From Acutalibacteraceae bacterium (GTDB taxonomy: Bacteria > Bacillota > Clostridia > Oscillospirales > Acutalibacteraceae): 64,000 nt of DNA. Under the pieces are notes generated by a model. It was not told where the DNA came from. It saw only the letters and a program-made list of their open reading frames with translations, and made no database searches. The translations under genes were made by a program, and so were the position numbers. Below, piece after piece: positions 1 to 9,820 of this stretch; the stretch's first letter is position 1, and the number at the start of each line of letters is the position of its first letter. The stretch spans positions 942 through 64,941 of the forward strand of contig JAZNTG010000001.1 in NCBI GenBank assembly GCA_045591645.1, written 5' to 3'.

Positions 1-505
1 TTATTATACTCCCTTTTGGGGAGTCTGTCAAGTTGATTTTACCTCCTTTAAGCAGATTTTATAAATTGCTGAAGCTCGTCGAGCTGACCTTTATCGCTTA
101 AGGACATCAAACAGAAAATATCTTTTGTGAATTCTTTAAATGCTTCTCTGCGAGTCTTTCGGATAATAGGCTCAAGATGATATCTCGTATATTGGAGATG
201 CTCATCTATTCATTAATATCATATTATATCTTCTCTTTCTTGGTCGTCATAGGTGCAATTAAACAAAGGTGTGTTCTTTACCCCTAAAATTTCGATTCTG
301 ATCATTTCTTGACTAGATTTAGAAAAGATCCTATCAGACTATTATAATAGCTCTCACTCAAAATTTCGCCATTTTCGTTCTTGGTATTTACATTAATCAT
401 ATAGTTAATCTCGATGAGATGCTTCCTACGTACCTGCTCCACAGGATTGGCTCCTACAATACAAAAGATTAAAAGGAACCAACCTAAAGGTCGATTCCTT
501 TTAAT

Positions 506-582
506 TGGTCCGAGTGACAGGAGTCGAACCTGCGGCCTCTTGAACCCCATTCAAGCGCTCTACCAAACTGAGCCACACCCGG
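506..582 (-). tRNA. tRNA-Pro (anticodon GGG)
   Basis: The reverse complement folds as a cloverleaf: CCGGGTG/CACTCGG acceptor, GCTC/GAGC D stem, CTTGA-ATGGGGT-TCAAG anticodon arm, GCAGG-TTCGACT-CCTGT T arm, and an encoded CCA. Confidence 0.9.
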
Positions 583-650
583 ATAAATTATGTAGTTTTT
601 GCTAACGCGAATGCTATTATAACACAAACATTTAAAAAAATCAAGAAGAA

Positions 651-686
651 AATGCCGACATTTTAATATATCGGCATTTTTTTATT
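651..686 (-). terminator. Intrinsic terminator hairpin downstream of ptsH (bidirectional shape)
   Basis: aatgccga...tcggcatt stem flanked by A and T runs, directly after the HPr stop codon. Confidence 0.6.
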
Positions 687-950
687 TTAGTCGTTAAAAC
701 CGCTCTCAACAAGATCTACAAGAGCATTCAATGCTGCCTCTTCATCCGAGCCGTCAACTATGATACGGATCTTTGTACCGCCCACGATTCCAAGCGAAAG
801 AACGCCGAGAAGACTCTTAGCATTTACGCGTCTATCTTCTTTTTCTACCCATACAGAGGACTTGAACTCATTAGCCTTCTGAATAAAGAAGGTCGCAGGT
901 CTTGCGTGAAGTCCTACCTGATTATTGATAACAACATCTTTAACGCACAT
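687..950 (-). CDS. ptsH: Phosphocarrier protein HPr
   Basis: 87 aa with the His15 site GLHARPA and the Ser46 site NAKSLLGVLSLG. Confidence 0.9.
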   Translation of the reverse strand: MCVKDVVINNQVGLHARPATFFIQKANEFKSSVWVEKEDRRVNAKSLLGVLSLGIVGGTKIRIIVDGSDEEAALNALVDLVESGFND

Positions 951-1156
951 AATAAATACTCCTCAATCAATTTCGAAAATAACTTAAATTTGAGTATAAC
1001 ACCACAGAATGATGATTTGTAACTATTATACCACAATATATTCCACAGTCAATTATAAAAATTCAAGTTCTCTTTTTCATCCAAAACAGTTAAAATTTAA
1101 TCTTTTCATTTTGTGCAAATTGTCACAATGTGTGGATAATTATTGAGCACTATGAA

Positions 1157-1897
1157 TTATTCCACGACCAAATTCTTAATTAGTTTCCTTTCTGTTTCGG
1201 TTAGCTCCGCCTTTTCTAACATATCAGGGCGTCGTTTTGCCGTTTCCTCGATAGCTTTTTCTCTCCGCCATTTTTTAATATTAGCGTGGTGTCCGCTTAG
1301 CAGTACCTCAGGCACACGAATATCGTTCCAAACTTCCGGCTTTGTATACTGCGGATATTCAAGTAAACCGTCAAAGTGGCTCTCATCTGTAAAGCAAATA
1401 TCGTCCGCAAGCACACCCGGTAGCATTCTGCAGATGGCATCAGCGACAACCAGTGCGGGAAGCTCCCCGCCCGTAAGAACAAAATCGCCTACCGAAATTT
1501 CTTCATCAACTATTGTTTCAATAATCCGCTCATCTATACCTTCATAATGTCCGCATAGTAAGACTATTCTGTCTTTTTTTGAAAGCTCGACTGCTTTTTT
1601 CTGATCAAAGGTCTTTCCCTTTGGTGAAAGATAGATAAGATGCGGCTTTTCATCGGTATCCTTATCGAAAAGAGAATTGTAGCAATTATATATGGGGGTA
1701 GCAGACATAACCATTCCCATACCTCCGCCGTACGGAGTATCGTCCACCTTATTATGCTTATTACCCGAATAATCGCGGATGTTACGGCAGTTTATTTCGA
1801 CCTTACCTGCCTTACGTGCTCTTCCGATAATGCTCTCAGACAAAACTGCTTCGCACATATCGGGGAAAAGGGTCATTATATCAATCCTCATCGTCAA
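1157..1897 (-). CDS. trmD: tRNA (guanine37-N1)-methyltransferase TrmD
   Basis: 246 aa with the typical TrmD N-terminus (IDIMTLFPDM) and YGGGxGMV motif. It overlaps the rimM stop. Confidence 0.95.
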   Translation of the reverse strand: MTMRIDIMTLFPDMCEAVLSESIIGRARKAGKVEINCRNIRDYSGNKHNKVDDTPYGGGMGMVMSATPIYNCYNSLFDKDTDEKPHLIYLSPKGKTFDQKKAVELSKKDRIVLLCGHYEGIDERIIETIVDEEISVGDFVLTGGELPALVVADAICRMLPGVLADDICFTDESHFDGLLEYPQYTKPEVWNDIRVPEVLLSGHHANIKKWRREKAIEETAKRRPDMLEKAELTETERKLIKNLVVE

Positions 1898-2396
1898 ATA
1901 TCCCCTTTAAAGGCTTGATTATTATTTTCTCGGCGTCAATATCAACCGATTTCACGATGTCTGGTATGTTCGGAATAAGGTATTCCCTGCCGGCTCTTTC
2001 AATATGCCAGACGTCATTTGCCCCTGTCTGAGAGACTTCGCTGATACGCCCCAGAAGTTCACCAGTATTCTCATCATATACGCTGCAGCCGATAAGGTCT
2101 TCAATAAAATATCTGCCTTCTTCAAGTTTTACGTCATTTCTATCTATATAAAGGACTCTGTTGCGGAAGCTCTCTGCCTGCTCGATAGTATCCACGCCCT
2201 TGATTGAGGCTATGACGATATTGCCGTGCGGCTTTGATGAGATTATGCGAACAGCTTCTTTTCCGTTTTCGTCTAAATAAAGCTTTTTAAAGGAACAAAG
2301 AAACTCAGGTGAGTCGCACCAAGGCTGGATGCGCACCTGACCGCGGATGCCGTGTGTTCCTACTATTTTTCCTGTTTCAAGATAATGCTTTTTCAT
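1881..2396 (-). CDS. rimM: 16S rRNA processing protein RimM
   Basis: GKIVGTHGIRGQVRI signature. I moved the start to the ATG at 2396, which has a GGAG 6 nt upstream; the ORF-track start at 2435 has no SD. Confidence 0.9.
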   Translation of the reverse strand: MKKHYLETGKIVGTHGIRGQVRIQPWCDSPEFLCSFKKLYLDENGKEAVRIISSKPHGNIVIASIKGVDTIEQAESFRNRVLYIDRNDVKLEEGRYFIEDLIGCSVYDENTGELLGRISEVSQTGANDVWHIERAGREYLIPNIPDIVKSVDIDAEKIIIKPLKGIFDDED

Positions 2397-2487
2397 AAAA
2401 ATCTCCGTTTTTATATTGTTGGCGTAAGTCAACACCTTAATTCTGCATTAAGATAAAGCCCTCATATTAAAATGAGGGCTTTATCTA

Positions 2488-2721
2488 TTAGTCGATTTCG
2501 ACCATAATCTTCTCGTTATTTCTGTTTGCTGCTGCGCGCATTACGGTACGGATAGCCTTAGCTATTCTTCCCTGCTTGCCGATTACTCGACCCATATCAC
2601 CTTCAGCAACATGAAGATGGTAAACGATAACACCCTCTTCATTGGGCTCGTCAACTGTTATGCTGATCTGGTCGGGATTTTCAACAAGTCCCGATGCGAT
2701 AGACTTTAACAATTCCTGCAT
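2488..2721 (-). CDS. KH-domain RNA-binding protein (YlqC/UPF0109 family)
   Basis: 77 aa with the GKQGRIAKAIR KH GXXG loop, in the conserved position between rpsP and rimM. Confidence 0.85.
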   Translation of the reverse strand: MQELLKSIASGLVENPDQISITVDEPNEEGVIVYHLHVAEGDMGRVIGKQGRIAKAIRTVMRAAANRNNEKIMVEID

Positions 2722-2738
2722 AAAAAAATCCTCCGAAA

Positions 2739-2981
2739 TTAGATGATTTCAGCTTTTTTAAGAAGAGCCTTAACGGTATCAGTGGGCTGAGCGCCGTTAG
2801 CGATCCACTTCTTAGCCTTCTCGCCGTCAATGTTAACTGCAGCGGGATCCTTAGTAGGATCATAGGTTCCGATCTCCTCGATGAAACGACCGTCTCTCGG
2901 ATATCTCGAATCTGCTACAACTACACGGTAGAAAGGTGCCTTCTTAGCACCAAGTCTGCGAAGTCTGATTTTAACTGCCAT
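2739..2981 (-). CDS. rpsP: 30S ribosomal protein S16
   Basis: [26 protein letters not shown] is canonical S16. Confidence 0.95.
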   Translation of the reverse strand: MAVKIRLRRLGAKKAPFYRVVVADSRYPRDGRFIEEIGTYDPTKDPAAVNIDGEKAKKWIANGAQPTDTVKALLKKAEII

Positions 2982-3034
2982 TTGTATACACCTCCGAAAA
3001 AATAACTTAGTTTGTATTAAAAAGAGTTGCCCCT

Positions 3035-4387
3035 TTAAAATCCTTTAAAGCCACCAAAACCTTTTGGCAAGCCTCTGCCGCCCATACGTTTAGCGAAGCC
3101 TTTGTTATTCATCTGCTTGAACATTTTTTTCATCTGCTCATACTGACGCATAAGTCGGTTGACCTCTTCGACCGAGGTGCCGCTGCCCGCGGCGATTCTG
3201 CGTCTGCGCGATGCATTGAGCAAATCAGGCTTTTCGCGCTCCTTTTTGGTCATAGACTTTATGATAGCCTCAACGCGGAGCATAGCGCGCTCGTCAATAT
3301 CGGCATCCTTTATCTGATTGCCGACACCCGGCATCATAGCGAGAACATCCTTTATATTGCCCATTTTCTTTATTTGCTGGAACTGCGCTAGCAGATCGTT
3401 CATATCGAACTTATTTTCCTGTAGCTTTTTAGCAGTTTCAAGTGCCTGTTTTTCGTCTATTTCACTCTCGACCTTTTCAATCAGAGAGAGCATATCTCCC
3501 ATACCAAGGATACGGGAAGCCATACGGTCGGGATGAAATTCATCAAGATCGTCTATTTTTTCGCCGACACCAGCAAACATAATCGGCTTGCCTGTTACCG
3601 CTCTGACCGAGAGTGCGGCACCGCCTCTTGTATCGCCATCAAGCTTTGTAAGGATAACTCCGTCAATCTCTAACTGTTCGTTGAAAGCCTTTGCAATATT
3701 TACCGAGTCCTGACCGATCATCGAGTCGATAACAAGTAAAATATTGTTTACCGTTACAGCCTTTGTAATACGGGATAGCTCATCCATAAGCTCAGTATCG
3801 ATATGAAGTCTGCCTGCGGTATCGAGTATCAGATAATCGTGTCCGTAGTCTCGCGCGTATTTAACTGCGTCGACCGCGGTCTTTTCGGGCTTCTGTGTTC
3901 CCTTTTCAAAAACGGGAACGCTTATCTGCTCGCCAAGGACCTTTAACTGATCTATCGCGGCAGGTCTGTATATATCACAGGCGACCATCATTGGACGGTG
4001 ACCGTTCTTTTTTAAAAATCTTGCAAGCTTTGCGGCATGGGTGGTTTTACCTGAACCCTGCAGACCGCACATCATAATAACCGTGGGTATCCTATCTGAT
4101 GTCTTGAGTCTGACCTGCTCACTGCCCATTAAAGCAGTCAGCTCATCGCGGACTATCTTTACTACCATCTGTGCGGGAGTCAGGCTGTCCATAACCTTTT
4201 CGCCAATGCACTTTTCAGCGACGGTATTGGTGAAATCCTTTGCTACCTTATAGTTTACGTCGGCTTCAAGGAGCGCAAGGCGCACCTCACGCATAACGTC
4301 ACGAACGTCCTGCTCACGGAGCTTTCCCTTAGAGCGCAGGCGTTTGAAGACGCCGCTAAGCTTATCGGAAAGACTGTCAAATGCCAT
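3035..4387 (-). CDS. ffh: Signal recognition particle protein Ffh
   Basis: 450 aa with the NG domain ([18 protein letters not shown]) and a Met-rich M domain. Confidence 0.97.
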   Translation of the reverse strand: MAFDSLSDKLSGVFKRLRSKGKLREQDVRDVMREVRLALLEADVNYKVAKDFTNTVAEKCIGEKVMDSLTPAQMVVKIVRDELTALMGSEQVRLKTSDRIPTVIMMCGLQGSGKTTHAAKLARFLKKNGHRPMMVACDIYRPAAIDQLKVLGEQISVPVFEKGTQKPEKTAVDAVKYARDYGHDYLILDTAGRLHIDTELMDELSRITKAVTVNNILLVIDSMIGQDSVNIAKAFNEQLEIDGVILTKLDGDTRGGAALSVRAVTGKPIMFAGVGEKIDDLDEFHPDRMASRILGMGDMLSLIEKVESEIDEKQALETAKKLQENKFDMNDLLAQFQQIKKMGNIKDVLAMMPGVGNQIKDADIDERAMLRVEAIIKSMTKKEREKPDLLNASRRRRIAAGSGTSVEEVNRLMRQYEQMKKMFKQMNNKGFAKRMGGRGLPKGFGGFKGF

Positions 4388-4402
4388 ACTCTCAACTCCT
4401 TC

Positions 4403-4744
4403 TTAAAGGTTATCCACAAGTTGTGCAAGAGTATTTACATCGCTCTCGCCTGCCGCTACCTTTTCAAAAGCGGCTTTAAGCTCTTCACTTTTTTTACAAA
4501 AGCCAAGCTTTGTTTCGAGGTCTATAAGCGCAGCTTCGCTTCTCTTTACAAAGTCGCTCGCTCCCTGACGGGTCATCCCCTCGTTCTCTGCAATTTCAGA
4601 AAGAGAGAGGTCGCAATTATAATAACCATCGAGTATCCTCTGCTGTTTGTCAGACAGTGCCGCACCGTAGCGCTCAAGCAGCTTTGAAACCTCTAAATTT
4701 ACTGCCAAAACGCTCACTTCCTCTGTAAAGTTTTTTACTTGCAT
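4403..4744 (-). CDS. ylxM: YlxM/UPF0122 putative DNA-binding protein
   Basis: HTH-like DLSLSEIAENEGMTRQGASDFVKR, immediately upstream of ffh as in Bacillus. The exact start is uncertain. Confidence 0.8.
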   Translation of the reverse strand: MQVKNFTEEVSVLAVNLEVSKLLERYGAALSDKQQRILDGYYNCDLSLSEIAENEGMTRQGASDFVKRSEAALIDLETKLGFCKKSEELKAAFEKVAAGESDVNTLAQLVDNL

Positions 4745-4822
4745 GCTATTTTAACACAGAACAAGGTGTTTGTCAAGCATTTTTCTTTACAGCTATTCGC
4801 TTGTACGAGCCGTCAAACTATT

Positions 4823-5692
4823 CTAAACACCGCTTAGATCAAACTCAGGAATACATTCCCCGCATGCGCTTTTCAGCGACTGAATGTAAATCTCACTAAA
4901 GCTTTTATCAACACAAGCTTCAATAACCTTCTCGTACTCACGTTTAGTAATTCTGCGATTGATCTCAGGATAGCTTTCCGCCTTATACATAGGTACATAC
5001 TGACTCATAAGCGAAAAATATATATCAGGTGTGTTTTTGCTCAGAAATTTTATAATTTCTATAGCATCATTTGTACATTGCGGTAAAAGCATATGGCGTA
5101 CAATAATACCCTTTTGCATAATCCCTTCCCTGTCAAGAGCGGGCTTTCCTTTGATTTCATATGCGCGCTTTATAACAGCAGACGCTACATCAAAATAATC
5201 GTCACATTTTGCGTATCTTTTTGATTTTTCCTTGGAAAAGAATTTAAAATCAAACAGATATACATCAAAAATATCTTCTTCGATCACTTTTATGTCCTCA
5301 TATCCGCTGCAATTGTATACAAGCGGTATTTTAGGCTTATAAAGCGACAGAGCATCTTTTATTGCTGCTATATAATGGCTTGGAGTTACGAGATTAATGT
5401 TGTGAGCGCCTGAATCTTCAAGCTCTTTAAATATTTCAGCAAGCCTACCGACGCTGATATCCTTTCCATAGCATTGGTGGCTTATATCGTAGTTCTGACA
5501 GAATACGCATTTGAGTGAACAGCCGCTAAAAAATACTGTTCCTGAACCGTTTGTACCGCTGATACACGGCTCTTCTCCAAAATGCAGACCTACTCTGGCA
5601 ACTCTGGGCAGTAAAGGTACCTGACAAAGTCCGAATTTTCCCTCATCTCTCGCAGCATTACATCTGCGAGGACAGTCATTACACAGTAACAT
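4823..5692 (-). CDS. Radical SAM protein (PflX-like, COG1313-type)
   Basis: CSLKCVFCQN CxxxCxxC cluster plus an N-terminal Cys cluster (CNDCPRRC). It overlaps the upstream gene by 14 nt. Confidence 0.8.
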   Translation of the reverse strand: MLLCNDCPRRCNAARDEGKFGLCQVPLLPRVARVGLHFGEEPCISGTNGSGTVFFSGCSLKCVFCQNYDISHQCYGKDISVGRLAEIFKELEDSGAHNINLVTPSHYIAAIKDALSLYKPKIPLVYNCSGYEDIKVIEEDIFDVYLFDFKFFSKEKSKRYAKCDDYFDVASAVIKRAYEIKGKPALDREGIMQKGIIVRHMLLPQCTNDAIEIIKFLSKNTPDIYFSLMSQYVPMYKAESYPEINRRITKREYEKVIEACVDKSFSEIYIQSLKSACGECIPEFDLSGV

Positions 5693-6557
5693 TCTCTTTT
5701 TGTCCTTCTGCGGTCATTACAGGCAAAATTCTCTTTTTAACAATTAGCTTGTCATAGGTCTGCTTAAAAGAGATCATAGACTTGAGCTTTGTATTACAGG
5801 CGGTACAGTGAAATGTGGCTCTGTGCCAATTGCTAAAAAATTTCCACTTTCCTTTTCTTTCTGCCAGATTATTGCAAACGGGACAGTGAAAACGTAGATA
5901 TGCAGGATCTATCCGCTTGTCCTTTATATTCTTTAAATAATAGGATTTAAAGGTAATCCTTCTGTAGAAATCTCCGTTATGAGTATCTTTAATATTACGC
6001 TTAAAGCGATCTTCATTATATGTTTTTTTCAAAATGAGCGCAGCAACGTAAGAATCGTCACGTGCCGTGTGTAGGTCAAACTCACCGGTAGATATATCAA
6101 GCATAATCGCCGCGTTTATAAGTGAAATCTGGTTGTTTATCTGAATACCTGTAAGCTTTAACTCACTCTGAACATAAGTTTGAAGATCAAGATAGCGTGA
6201 AATTTTGACTGTTTCCTTTAGCTCAAAGGTTTTAGAGTTGTCAACTATAGCATACAGATCGGAATTACTCCAGGTCATAGTAACACTGTCATCAGGAGCC
6301 CATTTATTGTATGCCTTCACTGCCTCAGCCAAGGGAATACCGTTCATCATTTCATCATTAGTGATGCCCGTCAGCTTAATGACCTTACTGCTGAGCTTAT
6401 GGGTAAGAGCGGACTTTACAGTAACCTGAAAGCTGTCAGTGAGGTTAAGGTTATCGTCAAGACGTACTGCACCTATCTGCAATATCTCATTAATAAACTT
6501 GTTCTCTTTTTTGTGATATACAGTATTCCATTCCAGATCAAGAATAATATAGTTCAT
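5679..6557 (-). CDS. DEDDh-type 3'-5' exonuclease with C-terminal Cys4 zinc ribbon (KapD/ERI-like)
   Basis: ILDLEWN (ExoI), WSNSDL (ExoII) and HTARDD (ExoIII H-x4-D). The C-terminus has CPVC...CTAC. Confidence 0.7.
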   Translation of the reverse strand: MNYIILDLEWNTVYHKKENKFINEILQIGAVRLDDNLNLTDSFQVTVKSALTHKLSSKVIKLTGITNDEMMNGIPLAEAVKAYNKWAPDDSVTMTWSNSDLYAIVDNSKTFELKETVKISRYLDLQTYVQSELKLTGIQINNQISLINAAIMLDISTGEFDLHTARDDSYVAALILKKTYNEDRFKRNIKDTHNGDFYRRITFKSYYLKNIKDKRIDPAYLRFHCPVCNNLAERKGKWKFFSNWHRATFHCTACNTKLKSMISFKQTYDKLIVKKRILPVMTAEGQKENVTV

Positions 6558-8377
6558 TACTTATTCTTAGCCTCAAATTTCATTCTTTCTTCTTTATTTA
6601 GAATTCTTTTTCTGAGTCTGGTCGAAGTCGGGGTGATCTCAACAAGCTCATCATTTTTTATAAACTCAAGACACTGCTCAAGAGACAGAGTCGAATGTGG
6701 CACAAGCTTTAAAGCATCATCAGAGCCAGCGGCACGCATATTTGTTGCCTGTTTTTTCTTACAGACATTGCAAACGATGTCCTCGTTTTTGGGGTTTTCT
6801 CCGACTATCATACCCTCATATACCTCAACACCGGGACCGACAAACAGACGTCCTCTGCTTTGAGTATTGAAAAGTCCGTAGCCTGTAGTTTCACCTGTTT
6901 CGTGTACGATTATCGAACCGGTATTTCTCGACTCGAAATCGCCCTTATATTCCTGATAGCTGTCAAATACGTGATTCATTATACCGTTACCGTTTGTGTC
7001 GGTAAGAAACTGTGAACGATAACCCATAAGGCCGCGTGCTGGAATTAAAAACTCAAGATGACTCATACCGCCATCTCTGGTTCCCATATTCTTAAGCTCT
7101 GCCTTTCGTGAACCGAGCCTTTCCATAACTGCGCCTACATAATCCTGCGGCACCTCGATCATAAGAAGCTCAATCGGCTCGTAAAGTTTACCGTCAATTT
7201 GCTTATAAATTACCTTAGGAGGCGAAACCTGAAACTCAAATCCCTGTCTACGCATCGTTTCTATCAGAATTGAAAGGTGTAATTCACCTCTTCCCGATAC
7301 TTTAAATGTATCGGCAGAGTCAGTTTCTTCGACGCGCAGTGAAACGTTAGTTTCAAGCTCTTTAAAGAGTCGGTCACGAATATTACGAGAGGTCACATAC
7401 TTGCCTTCTCTTCCTGCAAAAGGAGAGTTATTTACCATAAAGTTCATAGAGAGCGTCGGCTCGTCTATTTTTACAAATGGCAACGGATCAATATGCTCGC
7501 GATCACAGGCGGTCTCACCGATATTGAGCTTGTCAATTCCTGCAACCTGTATAATATCGCCGTATGAAGCCTTTTCAACCTCAACACGCTTTAGACCTTC
7601 GTACATAAATAATTTACTGATCCTCACAATTGAGTGTGATCCGTCAGCGTGACAAAGCGCAACCGACTGTCCTGCCTTAACAGTTCCACGCTCAACTCTA
7701 CCTACGCCGATTCTGCCCAGATAATCATCATATTCAATATTTGAAAACAGTATCTGTAATGGAGCAGTATCATCACCTTCGGGTGGCTCAACCTCATTGA
7801 CGATCATTTCAAATAGCGGCCTGAGGTCTATTCCCTGTTCTTCGGGGCTCATCATGGCGTAACCATCTCTTCCCGAAGCATAAACTACGGGAAAATCAAT
7901 CTGATCGTCGTCTGCGCCAAGCTCTATAAACAGATCGAGCACTCCGTCAACTACCTCATAAGGTCTCGCCATAGGCCTATCTACCTTATTTACAACTACA
8001 ATGACCTTTTTTCCTAGTGAGAGAGCTTTTTTCAGTACGAATCGGGTCTGAGGCATGCAGCCCTCAAAAGCATCTACAAGAAGCAAGACGCCATCAACCA
8101 TCATAAGGATGCGTTCAACCTCACCGCCGAAGTCAGCGTGACCCGGGGTGTCAATAATGTTGATTTTAATGTCATTGTACATAACGCAGGTGTTTTTTGA
8201 AAGTATGGTTATGCCTCTTTCTCTTTCTAGATCGTTTGAGTCCATAACCCTTTCGTCCACCTGCTCATTAGAGCGAAAGGTTCCGCTCTGACGAAGCATT
8301 CCGTCAACGAGTGTAGTTTTTCCGTGATCAACGTGCGCGATGATAGCAATATTACGTAAATTGTCTCTTTTTGTCAT
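6557..8377 (-). CDS. typA: Translational GTPase TypA/BipA
   Basis: AHVDHGKTT, DTPGH and NKVD motifs. The start is placed at the second ATG, which has good spacing to AGAGGGA. Confidence 0.95.
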   Translation of the reverse strand: MTKRDNLRNIAIIAHVDHGKTTLVDGMLRQSGTFRSNEQVDERVMDSNDLERERGITILSKNTCVMYNDIKINIIDTPGHADFGGEVERILMMVDGVLLLVDAFEGCMPQTRFVLKKALSLGKKVIVVVNKVDRPMARPYEVVDGVLDLFIELGADDDQIDFPVVYASGRDGYAMMSPEEQGIDLRPLFEMIVNEVEPPEGDDTAPLQILFSNIEYDDYLGRIGVGRVERGTVKAGQSVALCHADGSHSIVRISKLFMYEGLKRVEVEKASYGDIIQVAGIDKLNIGETACDREHIDPLPFVKIDEPTLSMNFMVNNSPFAGREGKYVTSRNIRDRLFKELETNVSLRVEETDSADTFKVSGRGELHLSILIETMRRQGFEFQVSPPKVIYKQIDGKLYEPIELLMIEVPQDYVGAVMERLGSRKAELKNMGTRDGGMSHLEFLIPARGLMGYRSQFLTDTNGNGIMNHVFDSYQEYKGDFESRNTGSIIVHETGETTGYGLFNTQSRGRLFVGPGVEVYEGMIVGENPKNEDIVCNVCKKKQATNMRAAGSDDALKLVPHSTLSLEQCLEFIKNDELVEITPTSTRLRKRILNKEERMKFEAKNK

Positions 8378-8474
8378 AAACATCCCTCTTTTTCAACTAT
8401 ATAAGTATAACTCTTATGTGATAGTTTGTCAATTAAATACGGTATTTCATATAATGTTATCGGAGGTGAATTAT

Positions 8475-8879
8475 ATGTCAAATTCAACCTGTAACGGAAG
8501 ATATAACTGCGTAGATATTGCAGTGTTTGCAAGCGTTATCATAGGAATTATCGCCGGTGTACTCACATTTACTGCTGTAATTACTGCTGCACCCGCATTT
8601 TTATGGGTCGTTTTCGGTGTTGCAATAGGCTATTTGGCTGTGCTGTTGTTCTCTGCTAGCAGACTTAGAACAAGCCTTCGTTGCGGTTATACAGCACTTG
8701 TTGCAGTATTGGTGGGAATTCTCGGAACACTTTTATTCTCGGTTATTCTTTTAGCAATAAGTTTTGCAGCCACAAGTGTTCTTGGTGCAATATTTACAGG
8801 TCTTCTTTTAGGCTTCTTCACATTGACCGTAACGGCAACAGTATGTCTTATTAAAAGAATCGTGCTTTGCAACGAATAA
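8475..8879 (+). CDS. Hypothetical 4-TM membrane protein
   Basis: GGAGGTG SD 7 nt before the ATG at 8475. About four hydrophobic helices, Cys-containing termini, and a terminator follows. Confidence 0.6.
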   Translation: MSNSTCNGRYNCVDIAVFASVIIGIIAGVLTFTAVITAAPAFLWVVFGVAIGYLAVLLFSASRLRTSLRCGYTALVAVLVGILGTLLFSVILLAISFAATSVLGAIFTGLLLGFFTLTVTATVCLIKRIVLCNE

Positions 8880-8895
8880 ATAACGGCTTCGATTA

Positions 8896-8926
8896 GGGAC
8901 ACACTCTATAGAATGTGTCCCTTTTT
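8896..8926 (+). terminator. Intrinsic terminator
   Basis: gggacaca...tgtgtccc stem followed by ttttt. Confidence 0.65.
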
Positions 8927-8940
8927 GGAGCTTTTATAGT

Positions 8941-9002
8941 GGGTTCGAGCCCCAATATATAAAAAATAATAGCACCATCTTACGATAGTGCTATTATTTT
9001 GG
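8941..9002. repeat. 62-bp direct repeat, copy 1 (contains a terminator hairpin at 8965-8998)
   Basis: 61/62 identical to 9830-9891. It starts with the T-arm-like GGGTTCGAGCCCC and contains the hairpin aataatagcac...gtgctattatt. Confidence 0.9.
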
Positions 9003-9085
9003 AAAGGTTGTACAAATTTGAATTCTTTTAAATTTTTCACCTATGTGTTCGACCCCTACATATTTTTAGGAATGGTGTTTTATAG

Positions 9086-9601
9086 TTATAAATCAATGAT
9101 GATTTCGTATTTATCATCAATAAGAATATAGTTCGCACTATATAACTGTGCAAGTTTTAAGATTTCGGCATTGTCTGCCAGCACACTCTCGATAGTACAC
9201 CACTCATCATCTAAACGACTTTCAATTACATTTGCATATTTTTTTATGTCAGCAAAGTGGTTTCTAATATAACCCTCACTCATTACAAGGCAGTAATATT
9301 TGATGTCTTTAAGATATTTTCCTTCAAAGTCCTTCTGCCAATCGAACGGAATGTAGCAACCCTCAACAACTAAGTTCTGCCTGTTTTCAATTGCAGTTTT
9401 AATCATTTCACGTACAATAGGCCATAAGTATGCAGTCAAATCTTTATCATCGCTCATGGAAGTAAGTTCCGTGTTGCCGCTGCGAATTAAACCCATTTTC
9501 AAATGGTCAATGGACAAGTACGGATATTTATATTTTTCAAGCAGTTTTTGTGCGGTTGCTGTCTTGCCCGTGTGCGATGCACCTGTAATTAAAATAATCA
9601 T
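9086..9601 (-). CDS. P-loop NTPase/kinase-like protein (2-phosphoglycerate-kinase/AAA_33-like)
   Basis: 171 aa with the Walker A motif GASHTGKT at the N-terminus. AT-rich, with its own promoter and terminator. Confidence 0.7.
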   Translation of the reverse strand: MIILITGASHTGKTATAQKLLEKYKYPYLSIDHLKMGLIRSGNTELTSMSDDKDLTAYLWPIVREMIKTAIENRQNLVVEGCYIPFDWQKDFEGKYLKDIKYYCLVMSEGYIRNHFADIKKYANVIESRLDDEWCTIESVLADNAEILKLAQLYSANYILIDDKYEIIIDL

Positions 9602-9637
9602 TATCTTCGTCCCTACAAATTTTTATTTGTCGGTTAG

Positions 9638-9666
9638 ATTATACCATAAATTATATTTATAATCAA
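9638..9666 (-). promoter_or_regulatory. Sigma-70-like promoter for the P-loop gene
   Basis: On the minus strand: TTGATT, 17 nt, TATAAT. Confidence 0.45.
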
Positions 9667-9693
9667 CGCTTTGCGAAACAAAGCACATTTTCT

Positions 9694-9714
9694 TTTTGGC
9701 GCGCTTGAAGGGAC
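9694..9714 (-). repeat. Duplicated 3' end of tRNA-Arg (att-like partial copy)
   Basis: ttttggcgcgcttgaagggac is identical to 9886-9906, which covers the last 18 nt of tRNA-Arg plus 3 T. Confidence 0.85.
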
Positions 9715-9784
9715 CGACCGTCTGCTTCGCATACTACTTCGCTTGTCGACCGTTGCTTCGCAACAGTACCCGACTACGCGCTCT

Positions 9785-9820
9785 GACTAAAAAACAGTAC
9801 ACCGTACTGTTTTTTTAGTC
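9785..9820. repeat. 16-bp-stem palindrome/hairpin
   Basis: gactaaaaaacagtac-acc-gtactgtttttttagtc, with one bulged T. Confidence 0.8.

Noticed and set aside
302-550. 82-aa ORF on the minus strand
   Set aside because: Its 5' part is translated through tRNA-Pro and its terminator. Only a 32-aa SD-less tail would remain.
8340-8474. N-terminal extension of the membrane protein ORF
   Set aside because: It overlaps the typA start region on the other strand. A GGAGGTG SD precedes the internal ATG at 8475.
9753-9763. The 11-mer ttgcttcgcaa is shared by the tRNA-Arg-flanking relic and the tRNA-Gln-flanking region (56784-56794)
   Set aside because: Hundreds of 11-mer coincidences are expected by chance in 64 kb (roughly N^2/2/4^11). 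There is no extended similarity around the match.
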